Below, piece by piece: positions 12,393-24,216 of a DNA stretch of 35,182 nucleotides. The position numbers were made by a program, and so were the translations under genes. Every line of letters starts with the position of its first letter. The stretch's first letter is position 1. A model generated the notes under the pieces. That model was not told where the DNA came from, did no database searches, and was given only the letters and a program-made list of their open reading frames with translations. Origin of the DNA: Octopus bimaculoides (Eukaryota); NCBI RefSeq assembly GCF_001194135.2, contig NC_068990.1, positions 22,002,089 through 22,037,270 on the forward strand, read 5' to 3'.

Positions 12393-12813
12393 GGTTTTGG
12401 CCCACTGAAGACGTTTCTCAATATTTGCTTCAGAAACCCATAGTTTTACAGCCTTTCAGACTGTACTCTATAAACCTTCTTCTAACAGTTCTGGTTGATA
12501 TTTGTTAAGTACTTGCTTCGTTGAAGTCTGCAGACAGCACCGACGATGTTTTTCTCCTGTTTCAGAGCCACTGACGGATGATGGATGTGTCATCACGAGG
12601 TGATGTAACAACTTTTTCTACCTGTTCTTTGTATTGTCTTCACATCTTTTTGTCTCTCTGAAGCGCTTGAGAGTCGTTTGCACCGCACATCAAGAACATT
12701 TCATCTTCTGAGCAATTTACCTTTGAGACATCCCATCTTTGAGACATCCCATCTTCATGGTGAGCTACGATTTGACCTCGCTCACACTCACTCAACTCCC
12801 TTGCTTTAGGCAT
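12393..12813 (-). mobile_element. Tc1-family transposase 5' fragment (paired/HTH DNA-binding region), decayed
   Basis: ATG at 12813: MPKARELSECERGQIVAHHEDGMSQ..KIAQKMKCS..AVQTTLKRFRE..RTGRK..TSPRDD..QISTRTVRRRF..VSEANIEKRLQWAK; frameshifts; truncated by (TG)n. Confidence 0.85.
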
Positions 12814-13095
12814 TTTATTGTTTATTAACTGTATCTACAACGTATTTTAGCGTAAAACTCTGAAATAATCAAGGAAACCTAAGTTAATTTTGGACGTTGG
12901 TCTTACTCATAATTGGTTGCATATGTATAACACAGTATAAAATCGGTAACTGATGCTAAAGGAGAGTCAACCAGATATTAAAACTAATGTATATTGTGAA
13001 ATATACCATAATCAACATGCGCACGAGTTTCATTAACATTGAAATTGCAGAACCCCAAAACATTGGTGTGGTCTCATACATTTGGCCAAGGCAGT

Positions 13096-13172
13096 ATGCA
13101 TGTATGTATGTATGTATGTATGTATGTATGTATGTATGTATGTATGTATGTATGTATGTATGTATGTATGTG
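13096..13172. repeat. (TATG)n microsatellite
   Basis: Directly visible. Confidence 0.95.
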
Positions 13173-14749
13173 TATGTTATCAATCAGTTTCATTTCTGTA
13201 TTTCTTGTCCATAGAGAAAGAGCCGGACTCTAACATAGATTCAAGGCTCCTTCATTGGAACTTTTATCAACATCATCTAGGTATTTGTGCATATGTGTGT
13301 GTGTGTGCAGTATTTGGTGTTAGTGTATGCGTAGATTTGTATGTTTGNNNNNNNNNNNNNNNNNNNNNNNNNNNNNNNNNNNNNNNNNNNNNNNNNNNNN
13401 NNNNNNNNNNNNNNNNNNNNNNNNNNNNNNNNNNNNNNNNNNNNNNNNNNNNNNNNNNNNNNNNNNNNNNNNNNNNNNNNNNNNNNNNNNNNNNNNNNNN
13501 NNNNNNNNNNNNNNNNNNNNNNNNNNNNNNNNNNNNNNNNNNNNNNNNNNNNNNNNNNNNNNNNNNNNNNNNNNNNNNNNNNNNNNNNNNNNNNNNNNNN
13601 NNNNNNNNNNNNNNNNNNNNNNNNNNNNNNNNNNNNNNNNNNNNNNNNNNNNNNNNNNNNNNNNNNNNNNNNNNNNNNNNNNNNNNNNNNNNNNNNNNNN
13701 NNNNNNNNNNNNNNNNNNNNNNNNNNNNNNNNNNNNNNNNNNNNNNNNNNNNNNNNNNNNNNNNNNNNNNNNNNNNNNNNNNNNNNNNNNNNNNNNNNNN
13801 NNNNNNNNNNNNNNNNNNNNNNNNNNNNNNNNNNNNNNNNNNNNNNNNNNNNNNNNNNNNNNNNNNNNNNNNNNNNNNNNNNNNNNNNNNNNNNNNNNNN
13901 NNNNNNNNNNNNNNNNNNNNNNNNNNNNNNNNNNNNNNNNNNNNNNNNNNNNNNNNNNNNNNNNNNNNNNNNNNNNNNNNNNNNNNNNNNNNNNNNNNNN
14001 NNNNNNNNNNNNNNNNNNNNNNNNNNNNNNNNNNNNNNNNNNNNNNNNNNNNNNNNNNNNNNNNNNNNNNNNNNNNNNNNNNNNNNNNNNNNNNNNNNNN
14101 NNNNNNNNNNNNNNNNNNNNNNNNNNNNNNNNNNNNNNNNNNNNNNNNNNNNNNNNNCTCTCTCTGTCTATCTATCTATCTATCCATCTATCTATTTTCC
14201 TATTTATATATGTGTGGTTTGTGAAAAGTGTAATACTGATGGCCTGGAATATTAACTACAACTATATTTCTTCTAGAATTGATAGTTCATCATTATCCAC
14301 AATAAAAGGGGCTGATTGAAGTTTTACCTCCCTAAACATACGAATTAATTTGGAACGAATTAAGTTAGTAGATTCGAATATAACATGACGGTATGCATTC
14401 CCGACTCATACTACCTTCAACGCTATTGTTATTATCAGTTTTAAAAACACAAAAATAAAAAAAAATTATCAGGTGATACGCATCAGAATCTCAATATATA
14501 CTAATGCTTAAATATATAAAATGACTTATAACACGGAAATTGTGTTTCGGTAATCTGTTCGAGTTAGTAAAAAGCAGAATCGTATATTTAATAAACCCAA
14601 CAATCCTAATATCGTCAATTAATGAAAAACTGTCTCAAATTTTCTGGATTAAGATTATTCGCAATAATTAAGTCAGGAAGAATCAAAATTTCTTGAAAAT
14701 TCATGGGAATTTCGGTCATTTGTATTGACTGTGGAGCCCTAATTCAGGT

Positions 14750-15010
14750 ACTTAATTGTGCTTACAGAGGCATTCTTCTCTCACGATTGCTGACCACATC
14801 CGCCCGTCAGCAGTAGTCGAGACTGTAATGGCTACCAACGCCCGGTTCTACTGCTGAAAGCCAGAGATGCGGGGTCTGATTGTACTTCTACGTCCGCCTG
14901 GGAGGCGAGACGTGTTGCTTGCCTTACGAATGAATTCCTCCGGAGGCTTAAGGAGAGTATGCCCAAGCCACCTTAGACGACTTGTGGGTAGAACCTGTTG
15001 CACAGCAGGG
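14750..15010 (-). mobile_element. RTE-clade LINE 3' fragment
   Basis: SRLRWLGHTLLKPPEEFIRK..LPGGRR..RPR, then ..RMWSAIVRE; resembles the RTE C-terminal RLRWLGH..G.R.RGRP..W motif; frameshifted. Confidence 0.7.
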
Positions 15011-15453
15011 TGTATAAACATAGGATAAACAAAAGGGAACTCGAAGTTATGAATGTAGTAATTATCAAAGTACAATAACAACAAGAAATGTTATCAGCTG
15101 GAGGGCTTTGCGAGGAGGCTTAATAAGCTATAGTTGTGAGTATATTTTATTACGTGGACCAAATTAAATAATTACATTTCGACGAGTAAACATAGCAAAA
15201 TACAGACATACAAACGCACACACAAAAATGAACACGAACACACAGACAGAAATATCCATATATTGTCATATTGTCATGTGCATATATNNNNNNNNNNNNN
15301 NNNNNNNNNNNNNNNNNNNNNNNNNNNNNNNNNNNNNNNNNNNNNNNNNNNNNNNNNNNNNNNTATATATATATATATACACGAATCCATTCACCTATAG
15401 ATAGATAGATACTTAATATATGCATACATACATATATACATGCATATATTTAC

Positions 15454-15497
<44 letters not shown>

Positions 15498-15950
15498 CTT
15501 ACAAAAATATGCATACATTTCTCTCTATGGAGAGAGGAGAGAGAGAGAGAGAGAGAGCGGGTGTTGTTTATCTACAGCAATAATATTTAATTAAAACAAC
15601 ACTTTGTTATATGTTATTAGTTGTTATTATTTGCAATTTGAAGGAAATGAAAAAGCGATAAAATTTTATATACATCTGTTTAAAAATACGGGGTTTAATA
15701 TGTTGCAAGCGGACGAGAGTAATATCTTAACCACTTGAGGCTATCATAACTATCGTCATCAATATTGCACATTGCACTTTATATATACCTCGCAACGCAA
15801 TTTGAAGCCAGAGGCAAGTTTTGGCTTTTACTATGTAAGAAAGAGAAAGTTCACTTTGTATGAAAACTAATTCAAACACTGTTCAATCGTTCATTCTTTT
15901 ATGCTTTCCATATTCTTGCCTGTCCCGTTTTATTGAACATGTAGACTTAC

Positions 15951-16207
15951 AGAAGAATGACGGTTGCTGAGAACTAGCCCCAGGCATTTTAACGTATTAT
16001 CAAATACAGTGAGAATTTACAATGACTTCTCAGAATCTAAGTGATAAGAAGACTTTATTTATCACGTAGTTCAATACTCTGATCTAACTGATATATCTAC
16101 GAACGTACGTATATGACATGTTTCGACACATTCTCATGTAAGTTTAATTTATCGCTTTAGACGAAGAAAAGTACATGAGATACTTGTACTATTTCTCCAG
16201 CCTACGT
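15951..16207 (-). CDS. Candidate exon with 5' UTR and start codon (coding 15987-15951: MPGASSQQPSFF + 1 nt)
   Basis: Acceptor atttcag| at 16208-16210, aaaATG at 15987, consensus donor |GTAAGT at 15950-15945, phase 1; protein not recognised. Confidence 0.4.
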
Positions 16208-16399
16208 CTGAAATATACATAATATGAAGTTAAAAGTTGTCTGAAATGTTATATATATCAAGCTTGAACTATCATTTAAGAACTTGTAGCAATGGTTTAA
16301 GCGTTTTCTAACACTGGAACACTATCAGGAATTTTGTAGAGGCGGTAAAATTGATCATAAGTGCTTATAACTTAAGTAGAAATCCACAGGTTCTGGAGG

Positions 16400-16555
16400 A
16401 GGTTATCATCGATCATATGATCAGGGTTTCTGTTTCTGTTCTGGGTTCTGCGTTGTGTTCCTTGAGGAAAACGCTTCATCTCACGCTGCCCTGCGATCAC
16501 TTGGACACCTGACGTTTGGTATAAGTGTATCTGTTCCGAGAGTGAGTTAATGTGC
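16400..16555 (+). mobile_element. Diverged CORE-like SINE fragment
   Basis: gcgttgtgttccttgaggaaaacgcttcatctcacgctgc resembles the CORE-like box at 34220-34260; boundaries approximate. Confidence 0.45.
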
Positions 16556-16719
16556 AGCACGAACATTTGTTCACTAAAAAACAAATCATTTGTGCCGCTC
16601 GTTCGGCAAGAGCTGAACGCTCATACGTTGTATTCAAAGGGAGAATCAATCATTACTTGGATAATATTGTCTGTTATTAACCCTGATACACAGAACCATG
16701 AAATACGAAGGTAACATTT

Positions 16720-16790
16720 CGAAGATTTGAACTTAGAACGAAAAGAGCCGGAAGAAGAACCACAAATGATTTTGTCCAAAGTTCTAACGA
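16720..16790 (-). mobile_element. Diverged SINE head fragment
   Basis: gatttgaacttagaacg...attttgtccaaagttctaacgat matches the head of 34815-35031. Confidence 0.55.
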
Positions 16791-16956
16791 TATTGTGATT
16801 CAAATACGTATAAAATGTCATGGATTTGAGGGAAAACACTATTCAATCATATCGATATCAGTATTTATCGCATTTCGTTTTAGCGACACCAGAATAATAA
16901 TAAGAATTCAAGTGAAATTTGGTAGGATTCGGATTGAGAACGTAAAGGAATATAAG

Positions 16957-17285
16957 TGGCACTCCGTCGCATACGAAGAAAACGTGGATTCCAATTGATC
17001 CGATCAACGGAACAGCCTGCTCGTGAAATTAATGTGCAAGTAGCTGAGTACTCCACAGACACGTGTACCTTTAACGTAGTTCTCGGGGAGATTCAGCGTG
17101 ATACAGTGTAACAAGGCTGGCCCTTCGAAATACAGGCACAACAGAAAGAGGAAGAAAGAGCGAGAGAAAGTTGTGATGAAAGAGTACAGCAGGGTTCGCC
17201 AACAACCCCTGCCGGAGCCTCATGGAGCTTTAGGCCTTTTCGCTCAATAAACACTCACAACGTCCGGTCTGCAATTGCGCCTCCA
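16957..17285 (-). mobile_element. tRNA-derived SINE with internal head deletion and 11-bp TSD
   Basis: Collinear with 9890-10268 but lacking about 50 nt of the head; aaggaatataa flanks both sides (16945-16955, 17289-17299). Confidence 0.9.
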
Positions 17286-17539
17286 CTGAAGGAATATAAC
17301 TAGGCATTGCAAGGCATTTCATTCACCAAGTGTGTCAACTCTTTTCAGCTAGGACTATTTAATTATTTCTGGTATCATTTCAGTGTATAATGAATTATTT
17401 TACATGTCTGCATCAACATGCATACTACATGTTACACAGAACAGTTGTACATTTACGAATCAATGCGCATATAGAAGGCTTGCTCTTCAGATCAACAGAA
17501 TAACATAGTTACACCAATATTGCAAATCTCATACATATA

Positions 17540-17690
17540 TCCATCCAGTCATCCATCCACCCATCATCCATCCATCCATCCATCCATCCATCATCCATCC
17601 ATCCACCCACCCATCCATCCAACCATCCATCCATCCAAACATACATACATACATACACACATGCATGCATTTATATATACATCCATACAT
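17540..17690. repeat. (CCAT)n/(CATA)n microsatellite
   Basis: Directly visible. Confidence 0.9.
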
Positions 17691-17849
17691 ACACACCAGG
17701 GAGTTCCTACCCTGAATAAAATAGATCGATAGTAGCATTTTCCTTTTATGGCAAAATATGCACCTAATTCAATAAAATATAAAGGTTATTCTGATTACTA
17801 TGCATAAAATGCAAAATATATATATTTTTGTAGATTAAGTAGATTAGGT

Positions 17850-18070
17850 AGGCTTAATCCGCCGCCCCTTCTTTTCTATCTCAGTATTAAAACTACGCAT
17901 AGTACTGGTGTAGTACACGTACTGCGTACATTCCTACAACAACGTTTTCTTTACGCGCTATAAACGCAGAAGTAAGTCTGCCTCCAACTCACTCGCGCTC
18001 GTTTCGCTTATTTTGTTGAGTGTTTTATTACATAAACATCACCAACGTGCCCTGAGTAATTACTGACGGC
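17850..18070 (-). promoter_or_regulatory. Possible promoter and non-coding first exon (about 18064-17993)
   Basis: Locally CpG-rich unique sequence; TCAGT initiator-like motif at 18066-18062; donor |GTGAGT at 17992-17987. Inference only. Confidence 0.3.
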
Positions 18071-19043
18071 ATACATACATACATACATACATACATATTT
18101 ACATTTATGTATGTATATAACATACAAGTTCATATATATTATTTTTCGTTTGGTTTATATAAAACGCGCACATTCAGAAACGCACATACAAATATTATTT
18201 CTTTTCGGAAGTTTAGTTAAATAATGTGGTTGCGATTGTCGGTACTTAACATGCATCAAGTTAAATTAAGTTATTCAGCGTTGTATTATACCCAAAGTTT
18301 AACCTTCACTCTAATAATTATCTTACACCCTCCACCATTTTATATGATTCTTCGCTTGAAGCCTGCTAATTATGGAAAGACCATTTCAATAGGCCCATCC
18401 TAGGGTTTCACCTGCATTTCAAGCCATTTCTCAGAACATACCAACCCATATATATTTATACAAACATTATATGCATAAATTTTCGATAAAAGGCGCTCCC
18501 TTATATTTTGAAATTTAAAGAATTATTAATTCTCATTCAAAGAATTACTTTTTCTCTTTCACAGTTGGCAGTTTGATTTTTCCACTTTCCAAAAGTAAAT
18601 TCATCCTATTACAGTTGTTCATATCTTCCATACTCTGTGACTAATACGCACAAATTTTGCATTAACCTCCGCATCATGCCACTCCCCACCCACTCACACA
18701 CACACACACAAAGGCGCACGAGCGCAAACACACACACTCACACACACACATAACAACAACACATGCGTACGCATGTATATAAATATATATATATATATAT
18801 ATATGCGTGTGTGTGTTTGTGTGTGTGTATGTATGCATGTATGTATGTATATATACTCTCGCATATGCATACAAAAATAATCTGAATATAATTATGCGTA
18901 TCTTTATATGTGCGTGCAGGATAAAATAGTGGTTATATATGTACATATATACATATACATTCACACACATGCAGGCAAAAGTATATTCATATATATGTTA
19001 TCCCTCTATCTCTCCCTCTCTTACTCTCTCTCAATATAAATGC

Positions 19044-19091
<48 letters not shown>

Positions 19092-19161
19092 AGAGGTGCG
19101 TGCAGAGAACATCTAGGTGTGAACACACACACACACATACACACACACCGACACACATATA

Positions 19162-19195
<34 letters not shown>

Positions 19196-19230
19196 AATGT
19201 ATATACATACTCACAAAAATACATACACAC

Positions 19231-19261
<31 letters not shown>

Positions 19262-19343
19262 GATGGATGGATGGATGGATGTATCCATCATCGTCCCCTC
19301 TCCGTGTCTGCATCGTGTACACAGTAATACATATACTACTTAC

Positions 19344-19368
19344 ACAGAAAACAACCAAATACACACAT
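19344..19368 (-). CDS. Candidate alternative first coding exon (MCVFGCFL + 1 nt)
   Basis: ATG at 19368, consensus donor |GTAAGT at 19343-19338, phase 1. Confidence 0.25.
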
Positions 19369-20466
19369 CCGTACACAACAAATTCTTTTTAAACACGTTG
19401 CTCCATTTGTCGTCCCGCAGTTTCTTTCTTTCGAAGCCGCTTCTCATCTCTTTTCTTAGAGAAAATCATCGTGTTAAATATTTTGACGGTCACATTTCCT
19501 ATCGTTTTTAATTATACGTTTTGCTTTATATTTAACAAATTGTAAAATACAGCCCTTTTATGTTGACGTAAAACAAGGTAAAAAGAAGAAAAAAGAAAGT
19601 TTGTTTTCTGATTATTAGATTCAATAGCTTTTCAAAGCGTTATCTACAATACACAGGTGTCTGAGAATGTTGGAACAACAACTGTAAACCCCTGTTCGCT
19701 GGTAATAATGGCATGCGCAGCTAGACATGCGAGATTACATACATTAATGTGTCTGTGTGTATATGTATATATATTCATATATATATATATATATATATAT
19801 NNNNNNNNNNNNNNNNNNNNNNNNNNNNNNNNNNNNNNNNNNNNNNNNNNNNNNNNNNNNNNNNNNNNNNNNNNNNNNNNNNNNNNNNNNNNNNNNNNNN
19901 NNNNNNNNNNNNNNNNNNNNNNNNNNNNNNNNNNNNNNNNNNNNNNNNNNNNNNNNNNNNNNNNNNNNNNNNNNNNNNNNNNNNNNNNNNNNNNNNNNNN
20001 NNNNNNNNNNNNNNNNNNNNNNNNNNNNNNNNNNNNNNNNNNNNNNNNNNNNNNNNNNNNNNNNNNNNNNNNNNNNNNNNNNNNNNNNNNNNNNNNNNNN
20101 NNNNNNNNNNNNNNNNNNNNNNNNNNNNNNNNNNNNNNNNNNNNNNNNNNNNNNNNNNNNNNNNNNNNNNNNNNNNNNNNNNNNNNNNNNNNNNNNNNNN
20201 NNNNNNNNNNNNNNNNNNNNNNNNNNNNNNNNNNNNNNNNNNNNNNNNNNNNNNNNNNNNNNNNNNNNNNNNNNNNNNNNNNNNNNNNNNNNNNNNNNNN
20301 NNNNNNNNNNNNNNNNNNNNNNNNNNNNNNNNNNNNNNNNNNNNNNNNNNNNNNNNNNNNNNNNNNNNNNNNNNNNNNNNNNNNNNNNNNNNNNNNNNNN
20401 NNNNNNNNNNNNNNNNNNNNNNNNNNNNNNNNNNNNNNNNNNNNNNNNNNNNNNNNNNNNNNNNNN

Positions 20467-20502
<36 letters not shown>

Positions 20503-20713
20503 TATGTATGTATGTATATGTATATGCATATGTATGGATATTTGTTTTTGTGTCTGTGTCTGTGTGAACGGCCGTGTATGACTGTGTACAAAAGTACATA
20601 TCCTTATATGCATTTACACACATATGTAACTATATTTGCAGATATGTAGGCTTGCATGTATAACGTTTTCATAAACATATTCATAATTATGAAGCAGACT
20701 TGTTGATAATTAC

Positions 20714-20798
20714 CTTCATCAGTTCTTGTGTGCTCTAGTATGCTCCTGTGCTTGCGAACCTCTTTGTATAAACGTATGTGGTCCCCTTTGCATGGCAT
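20714..20798 (-). CDS. Candidate alternative first coding exon (MPCKGDHIRLYKEVRKHRSILEHTRTDE + 1 nt)
   Basis: ATG at 20798, AG|GTAATT donor at 20713-20708, phase 1, unique GC-richer sequence. Confidence 0.3.
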
Positions 20799-21216
20799 AG
20801 CGTTTGCGAGTAACTTATGTTGTAAACAAAGCAAGGTGTAATATAAATTTAATAAATCAACACTATAAGTTATGGAGCCATAAAGATGATTATATGCACA
20901 TTATGTACAGGAGCAAGGAATTATATTGTGATTGGGAGAAAGAAATGAAAAAGAACACAAGAAGTATTTCACAAATTAGCCTCCTTGCTTTGAGTGAAAG
21001 CCTCTTTAATGATTAACCTATTTGCTCATTTTATTTTGCACAATTTAATCTCTGATTGAGAAGGCTTATTGTTTAGACAGCGTGAGAGTTGAATATAAGG
21101 CTGTGAGTTTGATACCCTACTTTGGAAGAACCTTCTGCTTATGCGTTAAGCTCTTTGTTTCACGTTATTCCTGTCCGGCCTACTTGCAATATGTGATTAT
21201 TCTTACTAGAAACGAA

Positions 21217-21447
21217 GGCGGTGAGGTGGCAGAAACGTTAGCACGCCGGGCGAAATGCTTAGCAGTATTTCGTCTGCCCTTACGTTCTGAGTTCAAATTC
21301 CGCGAGGTTGACTTTGCCTTTCATCCTTTCGGGGTCGATAAATTAAGTATCAGTTACGCACTGGGGTCAATGTAATCGACATAATCCCCTTGTTTGTCCT
21401 TGTTTGTCCCCTCTATGTTTAGCCTCTTGTGGGCAATAAAGAAATAC
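21217..21447 (+). mobile_element. Full-length tRNA-headed SINE
   Basis: ggcggtgaggtggcagaaacgttagcacg..gagttcaaattcc (B-box-like), central gactttgcctttcatcctttcggggtcgataaa box, tail gggcaataaagaaata; at least five relatives in the window. Confidence 0.9.
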
Positions 21448-21489
21448 AAAACCATGTCAGTATCGTGCTGGAGTGGAGGTGTTACATAC

Positions 21490-21514
21490 CTTCAGGTACC
21501 CAGAAGCATGCCAT
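21490..21514 (-). CDS. Candidate alternative first coding exon (MACFWVPE + 1 nt)
   Basis: ATG at 21514 immediately after an in-frame TAG; AAG|GTATGT donor at 21489-21484; phase 1. Confidence 0.3.
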
Positions 21515-22180
21515 CTAGCATTGGAGATCTACATACTATGTTTACCCTCCAATTTTATAATTCTGTTGTGGCCAGTCTAATGAGAGCATCGTATGGGGGT
21601 TGGAGATTTCCCCTATAGTATTTGTTCCAGTTCTGAGTTATTTGTCCCCCCCCCCCTGTCTCAGAATGTCGTGGATGCAGGACCGATGTAGCGAAAAAGA
21701 GTAGAACATACGATCCCAAATTTCAGAAGTCTATTTAAAGGAGAGATTTCGTTGTGTTGCTTCTCGCAACGATTTCTGTTCTCTTTGATAAAAAGCACTA
21801 CCCAAAACGTTAAATTCTTTCTGTTTCTTCCATTGACGTATTTATCTTCATCGTACACTTATTTTATTATTGCTATTTCGCCTTATATTTCTATGGTTAC
21901 AGTAGAAAGCAAATAACACACCAAGTGAAACAAGCAAAGATATTTGATTGAAAAAGTATGGCGAGAGTCTAATGAATGAAACAAGAAGTTATAGATAAAG
22001 GAAAAGTATGTTGGCCATATGCACACTCTTATATACGAAACTATTTTGTATGCATTTGTATTTATACAGCCTTTGTGGGCAATGCGACAAAATAATTAAT
22101 TTTATGAATGTTATGGAAATAGTTTTACTGAGTGGTGTTTAAAGTAAATCCACCAGGAAGAACAAGATTACATTTCCCTT

Positions 22181-22650
22181 TTCTTATTTCTTTATTGCCC
22201 ACAAGGGGCTAAACATAGAGGGGAGACAGATAAGGACAGACAAAGGATTAAGTCGATTACATCAACCCCAATATGTTACTGGTACTTAATTTATCGAGCC
22301 CGAAAGGTTGAAAGGCAAAGTCGACCTCGGTGGAATTTGAACTGAGAACGTAGCTGCAGACGAAATACCACTAAGAATTTCGCCCGGCGCGCTAACGTTT
22401 CTTATTTCTTTATTGCCCACAAGGTGCTAAACATAGAGGGGACAAACAAGGACAGACAAAGGGATTAAGTCGATTACATCGACCTCAGTGCGTAACTGGT
22501 ACATAATTTATCGACTCCGAAATGTTGAAGGGCAAAGTCGACCTCGGCGGAATTTGAACGGAAAATAGCTGTAGACGAAAAATAGCGGCAGACGAAATAC
22601 CGCTAAAAATTTCGCCCGGCGCGCTAACGTTTCTGCCAGCTCGCAGCCTT
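22181..22650 (-). mobile_element. Head-to-tail tandem dimer of the 21217-family SINE
   Basis: Two copies (22181-22402, 22398-22650) joined at a 5-nt TTTCT overlap; the left copy lacks the first ~20 nt of the head. Confidence 0.9.
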
Positions 22651-23382
22651 CGATTGCATTTCAATTTTCTATTTTCTATAAGAATATCATTGCTAGTCAC
22701 ATTTTGTGTCTATGGTTTCAAATTTATGGAGTAAACCTCTCCCGTGAACGTGTATTACTTCAGTCCTAAGTACAAAAAACAAAAATCCATAAAAACTTCA
22801 TTGAAATCTATTAACATAAAATTAATTGCCTCCATGGCAAAAACTTTATTATTTGCAAGAACTATATGTTACCTATCACATAATCTTTTATACTTTTCTT
22901 CCGTGTTAAAACCAAGTCTATATATTGTAGTTTTTCTTTTCCCAAATCATTTTAAAGTCCATATTAACTTTCTTTTATGGCTCTAAAAGTATCAATATGA
23001 GTTCCGAATAAATACACAGGTGAACGTTGGTATTTCAATGTCATTGTATCGCATCATTCTAGTGATGTTCTGATAATATTAACTGTCAGGAACCAGAAAT
23101 AGATATGAATAAAAACAATGTGTATCCGATGTGCACACAATATCTGGTGGTATTTTTTTATATGTCTGAAATACCTAATAGCAGTATATTCTGGTAATCT
23201 TGAAGTGTGTTCAAAATGAAAACTCTAAAAAGGAGATGAAAATACAACTACGAAAAGCAGAAATGTATTAATATAGATTGAAAATAAAATCAGAAAAGTA
23301 TTTAAAGCCGAATTATTAATTAGCCAACATGTCATAAACAATAGCTGTTTTTCTTGCGTGCGTGTATATGCACATATATATA

Positions 23383-23426
<44 letters not shown>

Positions 23427-24216
23427 TGTGTGTGTGTGTATACGTATATGTACATACTCATATATATATGTATGTGAGTATATATATATGTATATGACTG
23501 TATAAATGTATACGCGTGTGTTAGTGTATATATGTATATGTATATATATGTTTATATATNNNNNNNNNNNNNNNNNNNNNNNNNNNNNNNNNNNNNNNNN
23601 NNNNNNNNNNNNNNNNNNNNNNNNNNNNNNNNNNNNNNNNNNNNNNNNNNNNNNNNNNNNNNNNNNNNNNNNNNNNNNNNNNTATGTATGTATGTATGTA
23701 TATATATATGTATGTATGTATGTATATATGTATATATGTATGTATGTATGTATGCGTATGCACATGCATTGATGCATATACGCGTACATCGTGTTTATGA
23801 AAACGAAAGAAAAACGTCTACTTCAGACATACAGTGATCACGCGCTTAGAGATATTGAAAATCTCCAAGAATTCATAACATAAAACTATAACCAGGCTGC
23901 AGAGCTTCGCGACACGCGATGTTAACCTATGAAGAAACACAAATAACAAGTACTTGAGTGGTAAAGCAGGTGATGTTGGTTCTGTTACTGTTTGCATTAT
24001 TTTAGATTAATTTGGTATCGTTTCTGTTTGTTTATATTCACCACTTCCTATTACTCTGTATTCCAAGGAGACTGCATTTTGATATGAATTTTTTTCATGG
24101 TTTTAATTAATTAATTCTTTGAGAAATCAATTAGTGTGGAGATCAATGAATAAGGAAATCCCAGAAAAGCTAGTTTCAATCCTAGGTCTAAACATTTGAA
24201 GGTGTAATCTCTCTCT

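Noticed and set aside
13082-14319. ORFs of 300-380 aa
   Set aside because: Almost entirely X from the N-gap 13348-14157 plus microsatellite translation
19644-20623. ORFs of 270-315 aa
   Set aside because: Span the N-gap 19801-20466; flanks are (TA)n
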